Of a stretch of 64,000 bases of DNA, positions 50,826-59,514 are shown piece after piece; within the stretch, counting starts at the first letter, position 1; every line of letters starts with the position of its first letter. Under the pieces are notes generated by a model. It searched no databases, was not told the origin of the DNA, and saw nothing but the letters and a program-made list of their open reading frames with translations. The DNA is from a virus. The stretch covers positions 64,001 through 128,000 of IMG/VR virus record IMGVR_UViG_3300036770_008715; one strand, given 5' to 3'. The translations under genes were made by a program, and so were the position numbers.

Positions 50826-52384
50826 TGTAGTTGATTTTTTACCGAGTCATTTAAGGTCAAATCTAATAAAGACTTTGCCTTTGGGTCGTTGTAATTTGCA
50901 GATATTGCAAAAACTGCACTAGCCGATTCGATCTTCTTACTAATTTCCTGTTGGGCTGCAATATCAGCATCTATAGATTCTTGCATAGATTTAGATATTG
51001 TATTTATTGTGTTTGCATAATTTCTTATATACTGATCTTTGGCCTCAATACTTAAAGAATTGAATTCAATACTGTTTAATTTAGATGTCAATTGCGAGAC
51101 ATAATCATTAAGAAACGATGCAGATTCGCTATATAAGCTCCCAGCTTGCATTCTCACATAATCTGTGTTATCATCAGGATAGAACCCAGACATAGTTTTC
51201 GCCGACTCTAAGATCTTTTCTTGTGTGATCAATTCTTTGGATGCTGCAGTTGTTGCTACTTCTAACTTTATTCCATAGATAACTAGATCGGTATTTGGTA
51301 ATGCTGTATTGGCCAATACTTTAACTCTATCGTTCTCGAATTGAGAGGTAAAAGATATGAAAGGGTCTGCAGTATAAATCAAATCGACTTCCCTGGTGTA
51401 CACTCGGGTGTTATCATGGATAACAAAAACCTCAGAGGTTTGATGTTCTACCCCAGCAGATCCTTGTATAAAGTATTTTGCAGATCTAAAGTCTTTGGCT
51501 GAAAAGCTGATAACTGATTGCCAAGTGTTGGGAGTCATATCATAATAGTATAAGGTTTCAGGACCCGATTCTTTACTCTCAGAATAGTCGCTATCAGCAG
51601 AAAGAGTGATACCAGAAATCCTATCAGTATGATCTTTAAATGAGTTGAGCTGCGAAATAGCTCCCGTCAGTCCATCTGCACCACCAAGAGATAACTTCAA
51701 TTGTGTATAGGCATTAGCCAGCTGGGGTTCTGCCGATATGGAAGGCACTGCCGCATCCAAAGCAGAATAATTGTTAACAGCATAATTTGTTAAATTTGTT
51801 TTTGTAGTAGTTATTGTAGATTCTAGAGGATTCTTTGATATCAATGATAGCCCTTGTTGTAGTCCGCCCCCAAAAGAACCAACTTGACTTGCTAAGTCAA
51901 TTAACGAATTGACTCTTCTACTAGAACTATCAACTTCTGTGAATTTAGTATTCAGCCCCGTAAGCCCATCAAATAGATTAGTGTATTGCTGAGAGAGATC
52001 GTTATTTAATGATAGCGAGCTAATAGAACCTAATTGTTCGGTGAGCTGAGTTAATTGGCCGACCTGATCAAATACACTAGAAAAAGCAGAGGCAGTCATG
52101 CCAGCTGATAATGCTGAATTGAATTGCTCAGTAAGATTAGTTAAATCATTAAATAACCTGACATTACCAGCCATTGAAGCTAAAGATGCTGCTTGGCTTG
52201 CGATACTAGCAGCTTCAGAAGCTAATCCTGTTAATTGACTTGCCAATCCAGAAAACCCACCAAACCCAACTTTAATAGCAACTGGTTGCCCACCAACTGT
52301 TGTAGTTGGTACTTGGAATAATGGATTACCACCAATATAGGATAAAATTAATTGTATGCATGCAGATTTCGAAATACCAGCCAT
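50822..52384 (-). CDS. Hypothetical structural protein with helical N-terminal half and an internal FRSAKY-type domain
   Basis: 520 aa, coupled to gp5 and gp25; FSAKDFRSAKYFIQ...QTSEVFVIHD. Confidence 0.6.
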   Translation of the reverse strand: MAGISKSACIQLILSYIGGNPLFQVPTTTVGGQPVAIKVGFGGFSGLASQLTGLASEAASIASQAASLASMAGNVRLFNDLTNLTEQFNSALSAGMTASAFSSVFDQVGQLTQLTEQLGSISSLSLNNDLSQQYTNLFDGLTGLNTKFTEVDSSSRRVNSLIDLASQVGSFGGGLQQGLSLISKNPLESTITTTKTNLTNYAVNNYSALDAAVPSISAEPQLANAYTQLKLSLGGADGLTGAISQLNSFKDHTDRISGITLSADSDYSESKESGPETLYYYDMTPNTWQSVISFSAKDFRSAKYFIQGSAGVEHQTSEVFVIHDNTRVYTREVDLIYTADPFISFTSQFENDRVKVLANTALPNTDLVIYGIKLEVATTAASKELITQEKILESAKTMSGFYPDDNTDYVRMQAGSLYSESASFLNDYVSQLTSKLNSIEFNSLSIEAKDQYIRNYANTINTISKSMQESIDADIAAQQEISKKIESASAVFAISANYNDPKAKSLLDLTLNDSVKNQLQ

Positions 52385-53826
52385 TAACCACCTTCCTTCA
52401 GTATAAAGTCAGTTTTTGGGTATAATTGTTTAGCAACTTCATATTCCATTTTACCCGCAACTTGTTGAGCAGGTATTAATGGTTGAGACAAGTTAATATC
52501 AATATTCTGTTCCTTGGCTCCAAGATAAACGCTATATGCCCCGTTTTGTACTTGATTCAATTGATTGGTGGGGAGACTCAAAACATCGCCGACCAAACTA
52601 TTAATTTTAGTTTCAAATCCAAGCATTGAAGAAGTCAACTCTCCTGTTGGCAATCCAGCTGCCAAATCCTTAGTTGCACTACCAATAGCATCCATTGCAT
52701 TTGTGAATGTAGGATTATTTAATAAAGTTTTAGAATCAAGAGTTTTACCGTCAACAACTGTTCTTGTGTTACTTGTATTTGCTGCAGTTGTTGCAGCAGC
52801 ACCAGTTAAAGAGGATACTGACCCGAGCCCTGTTCCAATAGGTGGAGTTGCATATCCAGCTTGCATATTCACTTGAGCTCCTGCTAAATCTATCTTATTA
52901 GCTTGTAATGTAACCGTAGCAGAAGCAGATATCGAAGCAGACTTACCGCCCCCAGCATTAAACGCTGATGCTGATTTTAAATCCATTGATCCTGTTGATT
53001 CTATTTTAACTTTTGAACCTTTAATCTTAACTTCGCCAGAAGAATTCATATTTATTTCTGAGGCTTCAACATTTATCTTTCCGCCAACCTTTAGATTACA
53101 ATCGCCTGCTACTGTCACAGAACAAGTACCTTCAACATAAACAAAGTCTTTACCCATTACAAGAGTGTAATTATCTTTTTTGACTTTCTCGATTCTATCT
53201 CCGTTATAGTCCATCTCAATAAAAGTCCCAGAATTATGGGCGAGATGAACTCGCTCTTTTCCTGGCGTATCATCAAGTTCAAATGCATGACCCGACTCAG
53301 TTTCGTGGGCATAGTTATATGGATATTTTGGGGCGAATGATGGAGTTGGTTCACTCCAATCGACTCCACCTGCTGATTTAATTCCTTTCTTTTGGGCTCT
53401 ACGGCGCTTCTCGATAATAGTTTCTTCTGGTCTGTTTCTTGCCAATCTAGATGTCGTTGGTTCATTGATTCTTTTGGGGTATTTTCCTTTTGGATCATTA
53501 AATCCAATAGTAGTATCAGCTTTTGCTATAGGAATACCAGGAAGGACTCCCATAACAATTGGATTCTGCGCTGAATCTCCATCCATGAAAAACCCAAACA
53601 CCATATCTCCTTCTTTAGGCGTATATGTTGCAGGCAGATTGGTAGGAAATACTGTATGAGCCCAGGGCAATGCATCGGTAGGTATTAGTTCTTTATTTTC
53701 TGTATGCCAACCAAAACATCTAACTCGAACTCTACCTAATAAGTCTGGATCATTGCGGTCTTCGACGACTCCGATATACCAGACGAATCCTTCAAGGCCA
53801 AAGAAATTCTTACGAGCGCCTGGCAT
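52384..53826 (-). CDS. gp5: Baseplate hub/central spike gp5 without lysozyme domain
   Basis: WYIGVVEDRNDP..LGRVRVRCFG.H OB-fold; YPYN...TESGH.FELDDTPG.ERVH..H.SGTF; beta-helix repeats. Confidence 0.9.
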   Translation of the reverse strand: MPGARKNFFGLEGFVWYIGVVEDRNDPDLLGRVRVRCFGWHTENKELIPTDALPWAHTVFPTNLPATYTPKEGDMVFGFFMDGDSAQNPIVMGVLPGIPIAKADTTIGFNDPKGKYPKRINEPTTSRLARNRPEETIIEKRRRAQKKGIKSAGGVDWSEPTPSFAPKYPYNYAHETESGHAFELDDTPGKERVHLAHNSGTFIEMDYNGDRIEKVKKDNYTLVMGKDFVYVEGTCSVTVAGDCNLKVGGKINVEASEINMNSSGEVKIKGSKVKIESTGSMDLKSASAFNAGGGKSASISASATVTLQANKIDLAGAQVNMQAGYATPPIGTGLGSVSSLTGAAATTAANTSNTRTVVDGKTLDSKTLLNNPTFTNAMDAIGSATKDLAAGLPTGELTSSMLGFETKINSLVGDVLSLPTNQLNQVQNGAYSVYLGAKEQNIDINLSQPLIPAQQVAGKMEYEVAKQLYPKTDFILKEGG

Positions 53827-55124
53827 TATCTAGAGTTCCTCAATGTTCCAGCAATATCAGCTGCATCTGGAATTGGCTCAGCAAAAGAATCAGTTGAGAA
53901 TTCTGTTATGGAATTAAATGTATCCTCGGTAAATACATGATTGATTGCAGTAACTAGGTATTTACCTGTTCGATATTCGTCAAGCTCTTTTCCCGATTCA
54001 TCAGCTGCTACGAATTTAGGAAAATCAAAATTGACAACATCACCGACGTTCATTGAAGTATCACCTGGTAATGTCGCTTTGAATTTAAATGAATTAATTA
54101 ACGACATATGCAATGCTCTTGGCATCAACCATTTATCAATTGAATTGTCTTTTTCAGATTTGGTGTCGTTAATTAGGGCATATGTGCTATAGTATGAATC
54201 ATAAGCATCATATACAGATTGACCAGCCAAATCTTTCATGGAATTTAATAATTTATATTTGTTCAATAGTAGGCTTTTCTTTTCAGCATTGGCTGCGCTA
54301 TAATCAAATGTCCTAAATGTTTGATTGTAAATATCGACTGTTAATAACCTTGATGCAAAAGAACCATTAGTCTTTGACGTTATGACATCGAAGTCATTAA
54401 TGATCCTGAATTTATCTATTGAGTCTCTATTCAAAGCTGGATCTTGTTCTTCAGAATTCTTAATTTCATATTTCAACTTCTTGACATCTTTATTTTTATA
54501 GAGAGTTTGTAAGGATTGGAAATTATATCCTTTGGTTGTCTCAAAGAAAAAGTAACAGAACTTTGGAGTATCGCTATATGATCTTGCAACTGCCCACTGA
54601 ATCGCCTCAAAAGGGCGATAGCCAGGTACGACAAAGTCATATACGCCAGTTGTTGGCTCGAAGTTATGGATATCATCTTTTGTAATAGAGAGATAATTCT
54701 CTAATACATCCATCACAATATCTGATGCCTTTCTATTTTTATATGCTTTACTTACCCTGAGTGAGTTTGATAATATAAATGAGTCAGAGCAAAAATGTAA
54801 CACATACCCTTGGCTAGAGTTTCCAGTCTTGGTTCTATTGGTTGCTTTATAAATTCTAAACGTTTTTTGAATCGGCTCATCCAAACTTGGTTTGTCAATA
54901 TCAATTACAATATATTCATTACCGCAAAATGAAAAGTTGTTAAATAAATCTCTAGCGTCATTAACCAGAACGCTACCATTCATAACGCTGGAATATAAAT
55001 CTTGGCGTATTTGCAGCTGTGTAAAGATGTATTTAATATCAACAGACTGCCCAGTAGAAGCTATTATTTCTAGCTTCCTAATATCATAATCTTTACTTGT
55101 TAAAACGCCAGGTTTATTAGCCAT
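53826..55124 (-). CDS. Baseplate hub protein (gp27-like)
   Basis: Lies between gp53 and gp5; FFFET..GYNFQSL; PGD....GDVV; GKYLVTAINHVF. Confidence 0.7.
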   Translation of the reverse strand: MANKPGVLTSKDYDIRKLEIIASTGQSVDIKYIFTQLQIRQDLYSSVMNGSVLVNDARDLFNNFSFCGNEYIVIDIDKPSLDEPIQKTFRIYKATNRTKTGNSSQGYVLHFCSDSFILSNSLRVSKAYKNRKASDIVMDVLENYLSITKDDIHNFEPTTGVYDFVVPGYRPFEAIQWAVARSYSDTPKFCYFFFETTKGYNFQSLQTLYKNKDVKKLKYEIKNSEEQDPALNRDSIDKFRIINDFDVITSKTNGSFASRLLTVDIYNQTFRTFDYSAANAEKKSLLLNKYKLLNSMKDLAGQSVYDAYDSYYSTYALINDTKSEKDNSIDKWLMPRALHMSLINSFKFKATLPGDTSMNVGDVVNFDFPKFVAADESGKELDEYRTGKYLVTAINHVFTEDTFNSITEFSTDSFAEPIPDAADIAGTLRNSR

Positions 55125-55803
55125 CGATCATCAATTTTTTAAATTCTTGTTCAACAGCTTGAACATATTTGGCATCAAGTAATTTTATTACTCTTCTTTC
55201 TTCATTAAGAGCGAATTCATATTCATAAACTGAAACTGCCTTATACACTGTGGCTTGCTGCAATAAAATAGTTCCAGCATCATTCAATTCAATGATCTCT
55301 GTTCCACCATCAATAGAAATATCAATGCTGGGTAAATTTCTTTGGGTCAAAACTCCAGTAGAAAAATTGGCAGAATACTCTGATATCGTATATCTATCTA
55401 CATTCGTCTCTGATATATTTCCATTATAAATGGTTGATCTTGTTATTTCTTGTTCAAAATGATGAACGGTATTTCTAGCCACTTCTGCTGTATAACCATA
55501 TTTTTTTAAAATCATATCATCAAGTTCTGAATCATTTAACGGGAACTCATAATACGGGTTTACAATATTATTAAATAACAAAACAATCCAATGGCGATTT
55601 ACATCGCCATACAATTTGTCTGCTATAATCTCAGGAGTTTCCCCTTCTTTAATTTGATAAGGATAATATAAAGCTGTATTTTCTGTTATCTCACGAAGAA
55701 ACTTAGAACGATGAAGAATATTGGTAACTAATTGGAGATTTGCTCTTGGATCATCACTTAACGTGTATGGCGTTTTTTGAAAATATGAAAAATACCCAGC
55801 CAT
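55117..55803 (-). CDS. gp53: Baseplate wedge protein gp53 (LysM-like)
   Basis: YFSYF..; YQIKEGETPEIIADKLYGD..HWIVLLFNNI; YEYE..LNEERRVIKLL. Confidence 0.9.
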   Translation of the reverse strand: MAGYFSYFQKTPYTLSDDPRANLQLVTNILHRSKFLREITENTALYYPYQIKEGETPEIIADKLYGDVNRHWIVLLFNNIVNPYYEFPLNDSELDDMILKKYGYTAEVARNTVHHFEQEITRSTIYNGNISETNVDRYTISEYSANFSTGVLTQRNLPSIDISIDGGTEIIELNDAGTILLQQATVYKAVSVYEYEFALNEERRVIKLLDAKYVQAVEQEFKKLMIDG

Positions 55804-57002
55804 TAGTAACCGTCCGCAATAAGTTTCTTGTGGAGGATTTCGACTTCCATAAATCTAAGAGTCATACCAATCTCGACAGGTATACCATCGTCGTATGTCG
55901 CAAAGTTTCCATTTGAATAGTTGACATCAATACCTTCAAGAACGCAGGTAGAAAACTTATGGAGTGCTTTGTTTGGTTGCCCTTCAAAACAATATTCAAT
56001 ATCAAACTCTGATGGCGGAATAAAATATCTTCCGCCACCTGCACCCTCAACTACTTCTGGGGCGGCATGGTATCGAAATGCTTTGATAATATCAAGAACC
56101 ATTACAGCTTCATTCTGCGATTTTGGCGTAAACTTAAAATCAAATTGGAACGTTCTGTTATCAACAGAATCGAAAAGAATTTCAATCTGAGGGTTCTGTG
56201 CATAGCCAGCAGAGGCCATCATAACTCTTTCAATACCAGAGCCATAGGCGCCAGAAGCAGCAGCCGCTTTTCCTGCGATTTCTCCTGTTAACCCGCCAAT
56301 AGCACCAGCCTCGCTATTTCTTCCTGCTGATAATTTATTGGCCAATCCTTCTTTCGATAACATTTCTTCCAGATTGGCAGAAGCACCTGCTTGAGTGGCT
56401 TGTGCTGCTAATCCAGCAGCACCCAACGCTTCAGTCAGAGAAACTCCAGTCCACTTATTGGCTGTTGTTTGTTGGACTGTATCTGGAACATATAGACAGA
56501 TCTGTTGTTCTAATCGTTTCGTTTTTCTTTGGAGATCAATAAAACTAATGGTAGCTCCAACTATACCTGCATCAATTCCAGTACCAACAGCTGCGCCCAC
56601 TCCTGCAGCAAATGATCCTGTACCTAATGCTTTAGCTAGATTCCCAAAGTTAGAAATTACTCCAGACAAAGCTCCTATGCCTGCAGCTAAAGATCCGCTT
56701 ATTGGGTCTGCAGATCCAGATATAAATGTCCCTGGCGCAACCTGATTTGGTGCAGTTCCGCCAGCTCTATTCCTATCAGCAACTGATAGGCCAGCGTCGC
56801 CACTAATTATTGATAGCCCTTTTTTGTACTGGGATTTCTCTGGAATATTAATATTAAATCTCAGAAAATGCTTGTATGGCCCGCCGTCTAGATCCAGTGG
56901 ATAGTACAGATGTTCTTTACTTTTATATCTGTTGAGTTCTAGATTCTTTAGAGGGCCTCGAGAAAATACTCTTCCAGGCCTCTCTACTTTAATATCATCC
57001 AT
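55803..57002 (-). CDS. gp48: Baseplate tail-tube cap gp48
   Basis: LYYPLDL; ICLYVP; NPQIEILF....RTFQFDFKFTPKS..EA...IIKAFRYHAAP; CVL..IDVNY; LRFMEVE. Confidence 0.85.
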   Translation of the reverse strand: MDDIKVERPGRVFSRGPLKNLELNRYKSKEHLYYPLDLDGGPYKHFLRFNINIPEKSQYKKGLSIISGDAGLSVADRNRAGGTAPNQVAPGTFISGSADPISGSLAAGIGALSGVISNFGNLAKALGTGSFAAGVGAAVGTGIDAGIVGATISFIDLQRKTKRLEQQICLYVPDTVQQTTANKWTGVSLTEALGAAGLAAQATQAGASANLEEMLSKEGLANKLSAGRNSEAGAIGGLTGEIAGKAAAASGAYGSGIERVMMASAGYAQNPQIEILFDSVDNRTFQFDFKFTPKSQNEAVMVLDIIKAFRYHAAPEVVEGAGGGRYFIPPSEFDIEYCFEGQPNKALHKFSTCVLEGIDVNYSNGNFATYDDGIPVEIGMTLRFMEVEILHKKLIADGY

Positions 57003-57021
57003 TTAACCGTACCCTGTGGCG

Positions 57022-57035
57022 ACTAAATATTTATA
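57022..57035. promoter_or_regulatory. Overlapping divergent late promoters (+ ACTAAATA 57022-57029; - TATAAATA 57028-57035)
   Basis: Both motifs lie in the 32-bp gap between the divergent gp48 and gp4 genes. Confidence 0.8.
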
Positions 57036-57463
57036 TGGCTTATTCAGGAAGATTTGTACCGACCAACCCTAACAAATACCTCGGCAACCCCACTAATATA
57101 TGGTATCGTAGTTTGTGGGAGCGCCGAGTTATGCAGCATTTGGATAACAACTTAAATGTGATTGAATGGTCGAGTGAAGAGATAATTATACCTTATTTAT
57201 CGCCAATTGATGGAAAATATCACAGATACTTCCCTGATTTTTTTGTTCGGACAACGGCTGGGGCTATGATACTTGAAGTGAAACCAAAGAATCAGTCAAT
57301 TATGCCTGAGGCTGGGAAAAAGAAAACAAAGAAGTATCTGACTGAAATTATGACATGGGGAGTGAATCAGGCAAAGTGGAAAGCAGCTGAAGAGTACTGT
57401 GCAGATAGAAGCTGGAAGTTTAAAGTGATAACCGAAGACGAACTATTTGGAAAAAAGAAATAA
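57035..57463 (+). CDS. gp4: Head completion nuclease gp4 (TnsA-like PD-(D/E)xK fold)
   Basis: MAYSGRF.P.NP.KYLGNPTNI.YRSLWER; WSSEE..IPY.SP.DGK.HRYFPDF; EVKP; VNQAKWKAA. Confidence 0.95.
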   Translation: MAYSGRFVPTNPNKYLGNPTNIWYRSLWERRVMQHLDNNLNVIEWSSEEIIIPYLSPIDGKYHRYFPDFFVRTTAGAMILEVKPKNQSIMPEAGKKKTKKYLTEIMTWGVNQAKWKAAEEYCADRSWKFKVITEDELFGKKK

Positions 57464-58011
57464 TGGCATCGCTCTACGACAAAGTAAAAAAGGATATGAA
57501 TTCGGCTGGAATTCGGCCTCGAACTCAGACAGCTCAAAATTGGTTAGCCTCAAAAGTGCGCCAATTAAAGATACCAGCCTCGAGGGTGAACCTTCTAAAC
57601 GATCCTTCTCGAGCTACAGGATTTGCTATAGTTGGTAAGATGTTCTTCTACCACTATGATCCCAAGACCAAAGATACGCTTCCTGTTTATGATAAGTTCC
57701 CTTTAGTCATTCCAATGGAACTTTATCCAGATGGATTTCTAGCACTTAATTTGCACTATCTAGATCCATATACTAGACTCTATTTGCTCGATTTGTTGCA
57801 CGATTTTATTAACAACACTAAATACGATGATACAACTCGGTTTAAGCTATCTTATCAGCTACTGAGTTCGTCAAAACGATATAGAGTAATTGAGCCATGC
57901 ATCAAAAGATATCTTTACAGTCATATCAGATCCTCAATGATCTATATCGAACCAGAGAGCTGGGACACAGCTATTTTCCTACCAAGCGCCAAAATGGTAT
58001 ATAAAAGCTAA
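57463..58011 (+). CDS. gp2: DNA end protector gp2
   Basis: GKMFFY.YDPKTKDTLP.YDKFPLV...GFLALNLHYL; PCIKRYL.SH. Confidence 0.95.
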   Translation: MASLYDKVKKDMNSAGIRPRTQTAQNWLASKVRQLKIPASRVNLLNDPSRATGFAIVGKMFFYHYDPKTKDTLPVYDKFPLVIPMELYPDGFLALNLHYLDPYTRLYLLDLLHDFINNTKYDDTTRFKLSYQLLSSSKRYRVIEPCIKRYLYSHIRSSMIYIEPESWDTAIFLPSAKMVYKS

Positions 58012-58592
58012 TGGCATTCGTCGACAAATTCCTATCGCACTATGCATCTCACAATGATTTCTCCAAGGCTTCAAGGTTTGAGGTTATAATTTATCCAAAC
58101 TTTTTTTTGTCTGAATTCTTTGGTAATGTGGTTGACCTGCGCCTTCAGTGCGAAACAGCAGAACTGCCAGGATACAACTTTGATACAGTTGACGGCAGAG
58201 TTTATGGTGTGACTTATTCTGTTGCTGCTAGGCCAGCATTTTCAGATCTGCGTTTGACATTTATTTGCGCTGGAGATCTCTGGGAGAAGCAATTGTTCGA
58301 TTCTTGGCAAGAGTATATTATGCCCAAGACTGATTATCTACCAAGATACAGAGAAGAATATGTCACTGACATTGAGGTCCGCCACTACTATGAGGTTACA
58401 ACTTCAAACATTACTGGGCAAGCTACAGATGGTCGGCCCTTAGTTGGAGACGCTAAACCAGGAATTTCATATCGCGCAAAGTTCATCGAAGCCTTCCCAT
58501 ACACTGTTGATCCTATTACATTATCTTGGGCAGACGATGGTATTAATAGGCTCAATGTAGGATTTAAATACAAAAACTGGGTATCCCTGTGA
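58011..58592 (+). CDS. gp54: Baseplate tail-tube initiator gp54-like (gp19 tube fold)
   Basis: SRFEV; LQCETAELPG; LTFIC...EKQLFDSWQEYI; EAFP....ITLSW....NRLNV.FKY..W. Confidence 0.75.
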   Translation: MAFVDKFLSHYASHNDFSKASRFEVIIYPNFFLSEFFGNVVDLRLQCETAELPGYNFDTVDGRVYGVTYSVAARPAFSDLRLTFICAGDLWEKQLFDSWQEYIMPKTDYLPRYREEYVTDIEVRHYYEVTTSNITGQATDGRPLVGDAKPGISYRAKFIEAFPYTVDPITLSWADDGINRLNVGFKYKNWVSL

Positions 58593-58600
58593 GGTGAAAT

Positions 58601-59317
58601 ATGCCATTACCAAAAATTGACTATCCAATTCATGAGATTTTTCTAAAGTCGCTCAACCGTAAAGTTAAGTTTCGGCCATTTTTGGTCAAGGAAGAAAAGA
58701 TTCTTCTGGTTGCCAAAGAGTCTGAAGAACCTAATGATATCAAGAACGCAATCAAGCAGATTATTAATAACTGCTGCCTCGAAGAAATCGATGTAGAGGC
58801 TTTGCCGTTATTTGACGTTGAGATGTTCTTTGTGCATCTGAGGTCAAAGTCAATCGGTGAGTCAGCCAAACTGGCATTTACCTGCCAAAACAAAGTAGAA
58901 GAATCTATCTGCGAGCATGTAACTCAGTATACAGTCGACCTCAACAAAGTATGCTATGTTGTTCCTGAAGGCCATACCAATAAAGTCAAGATCTCTGATA
59001 AGATCGGTATGGTATTCAAGTACCCAACCATTGCAGTTGCTCTTGAGGATTATAGCGATCCATATACTGCAACCGTTGGACTATTCAGGAATAACCTAGA
59101 CTATATCTACGATGAAGATTCATTCTATTATCGAAAGGATCTGACTGACGAAGAGATCCAGGAATTCCTCGAGAACCTTAGCGTTGAGCATATTGAAGCA
59201 ATTCGAAACTTCTTTATCACAACGCCAAAGGTTGTATTAAAAGATAACATAACTTGCGACAAATGCAAGTTCGAACATGAAATTGTAGTGGAGAACCTCT
59301 ACAGTTTTTTTACATAA
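58601..59317 (+). CDS. gp26: T4-like 'gp26' baseplate hub assembly / tail assembly chaperone with two Cys-containing motifs
   Basis: MPLPKI..P; KFRPFLVKEEKILL; FDVE..F..LRSKSIGE; CDKC; C-terminal LYSFF. Confidence 0.85.
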   Translation: MPLPKIDYPIHEIFLKSLNRKVKFRPFLVKEEKILLVAKESEEPNDIKNAIKQIINNCCLEEIDVEALPLFDVEMFFVHLRSKSIGESAKLAFTCQNKVEESICEHVTQYTVDLNKVCYVVPEGHTNKVKISDKIGMVFKYPTIAVALEDYSDPYTATVGLFRNNLDYIYDEDSFYYRKDLTDEEIQEFLENLSVEHIEAIRNFFITTPKVVLKDNITCDKCKFEHEIVVENLYSFFT

Positions 59318-59514
59318 CTTTTGGCCATGATGATCTTGCAAATTTTATGCGAACCAATTTTGCATTAATGCAACATCATAAGTATGCATACAGTGACCTG
59401 GAAAGTATGCTATCTTGGGAACGACAGATTTATGTTGTATTGTTGAACAATTATATTAAGGAAGAAAACGAAAAGATTAAACTTCAAGAGCTAGCAAGAA
59501 AAAGTAGGCGATAA
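59314..59514 (+). CDS. gp51: Small gp51-like ORF in the -1 frame relative to gp26 (first ATG 59347; absent from the ORF track)
   Basis: ITFGHDDLANF-MRTNFALMQHHKYAYSDLESMLSWERQIYVVLL..YIKEENEK; matches the TNFALMQHHKY...WER.IY motif of T4-like phages; its TAA overlaps the next ATG. Confidence 0.8.
   Translation: MTFGHDDLANFMRTNFALMQHHKYAYSDLESMLSWERQIYVVLLNNYIKEENEKIKLQELARKSRR

Noticed and set aside
57035-57463. TnsA-like nuclease as a Tn7 transposon
   Set aside because: Sequence and synteny match T4 gp4; no other transposition genes or ends
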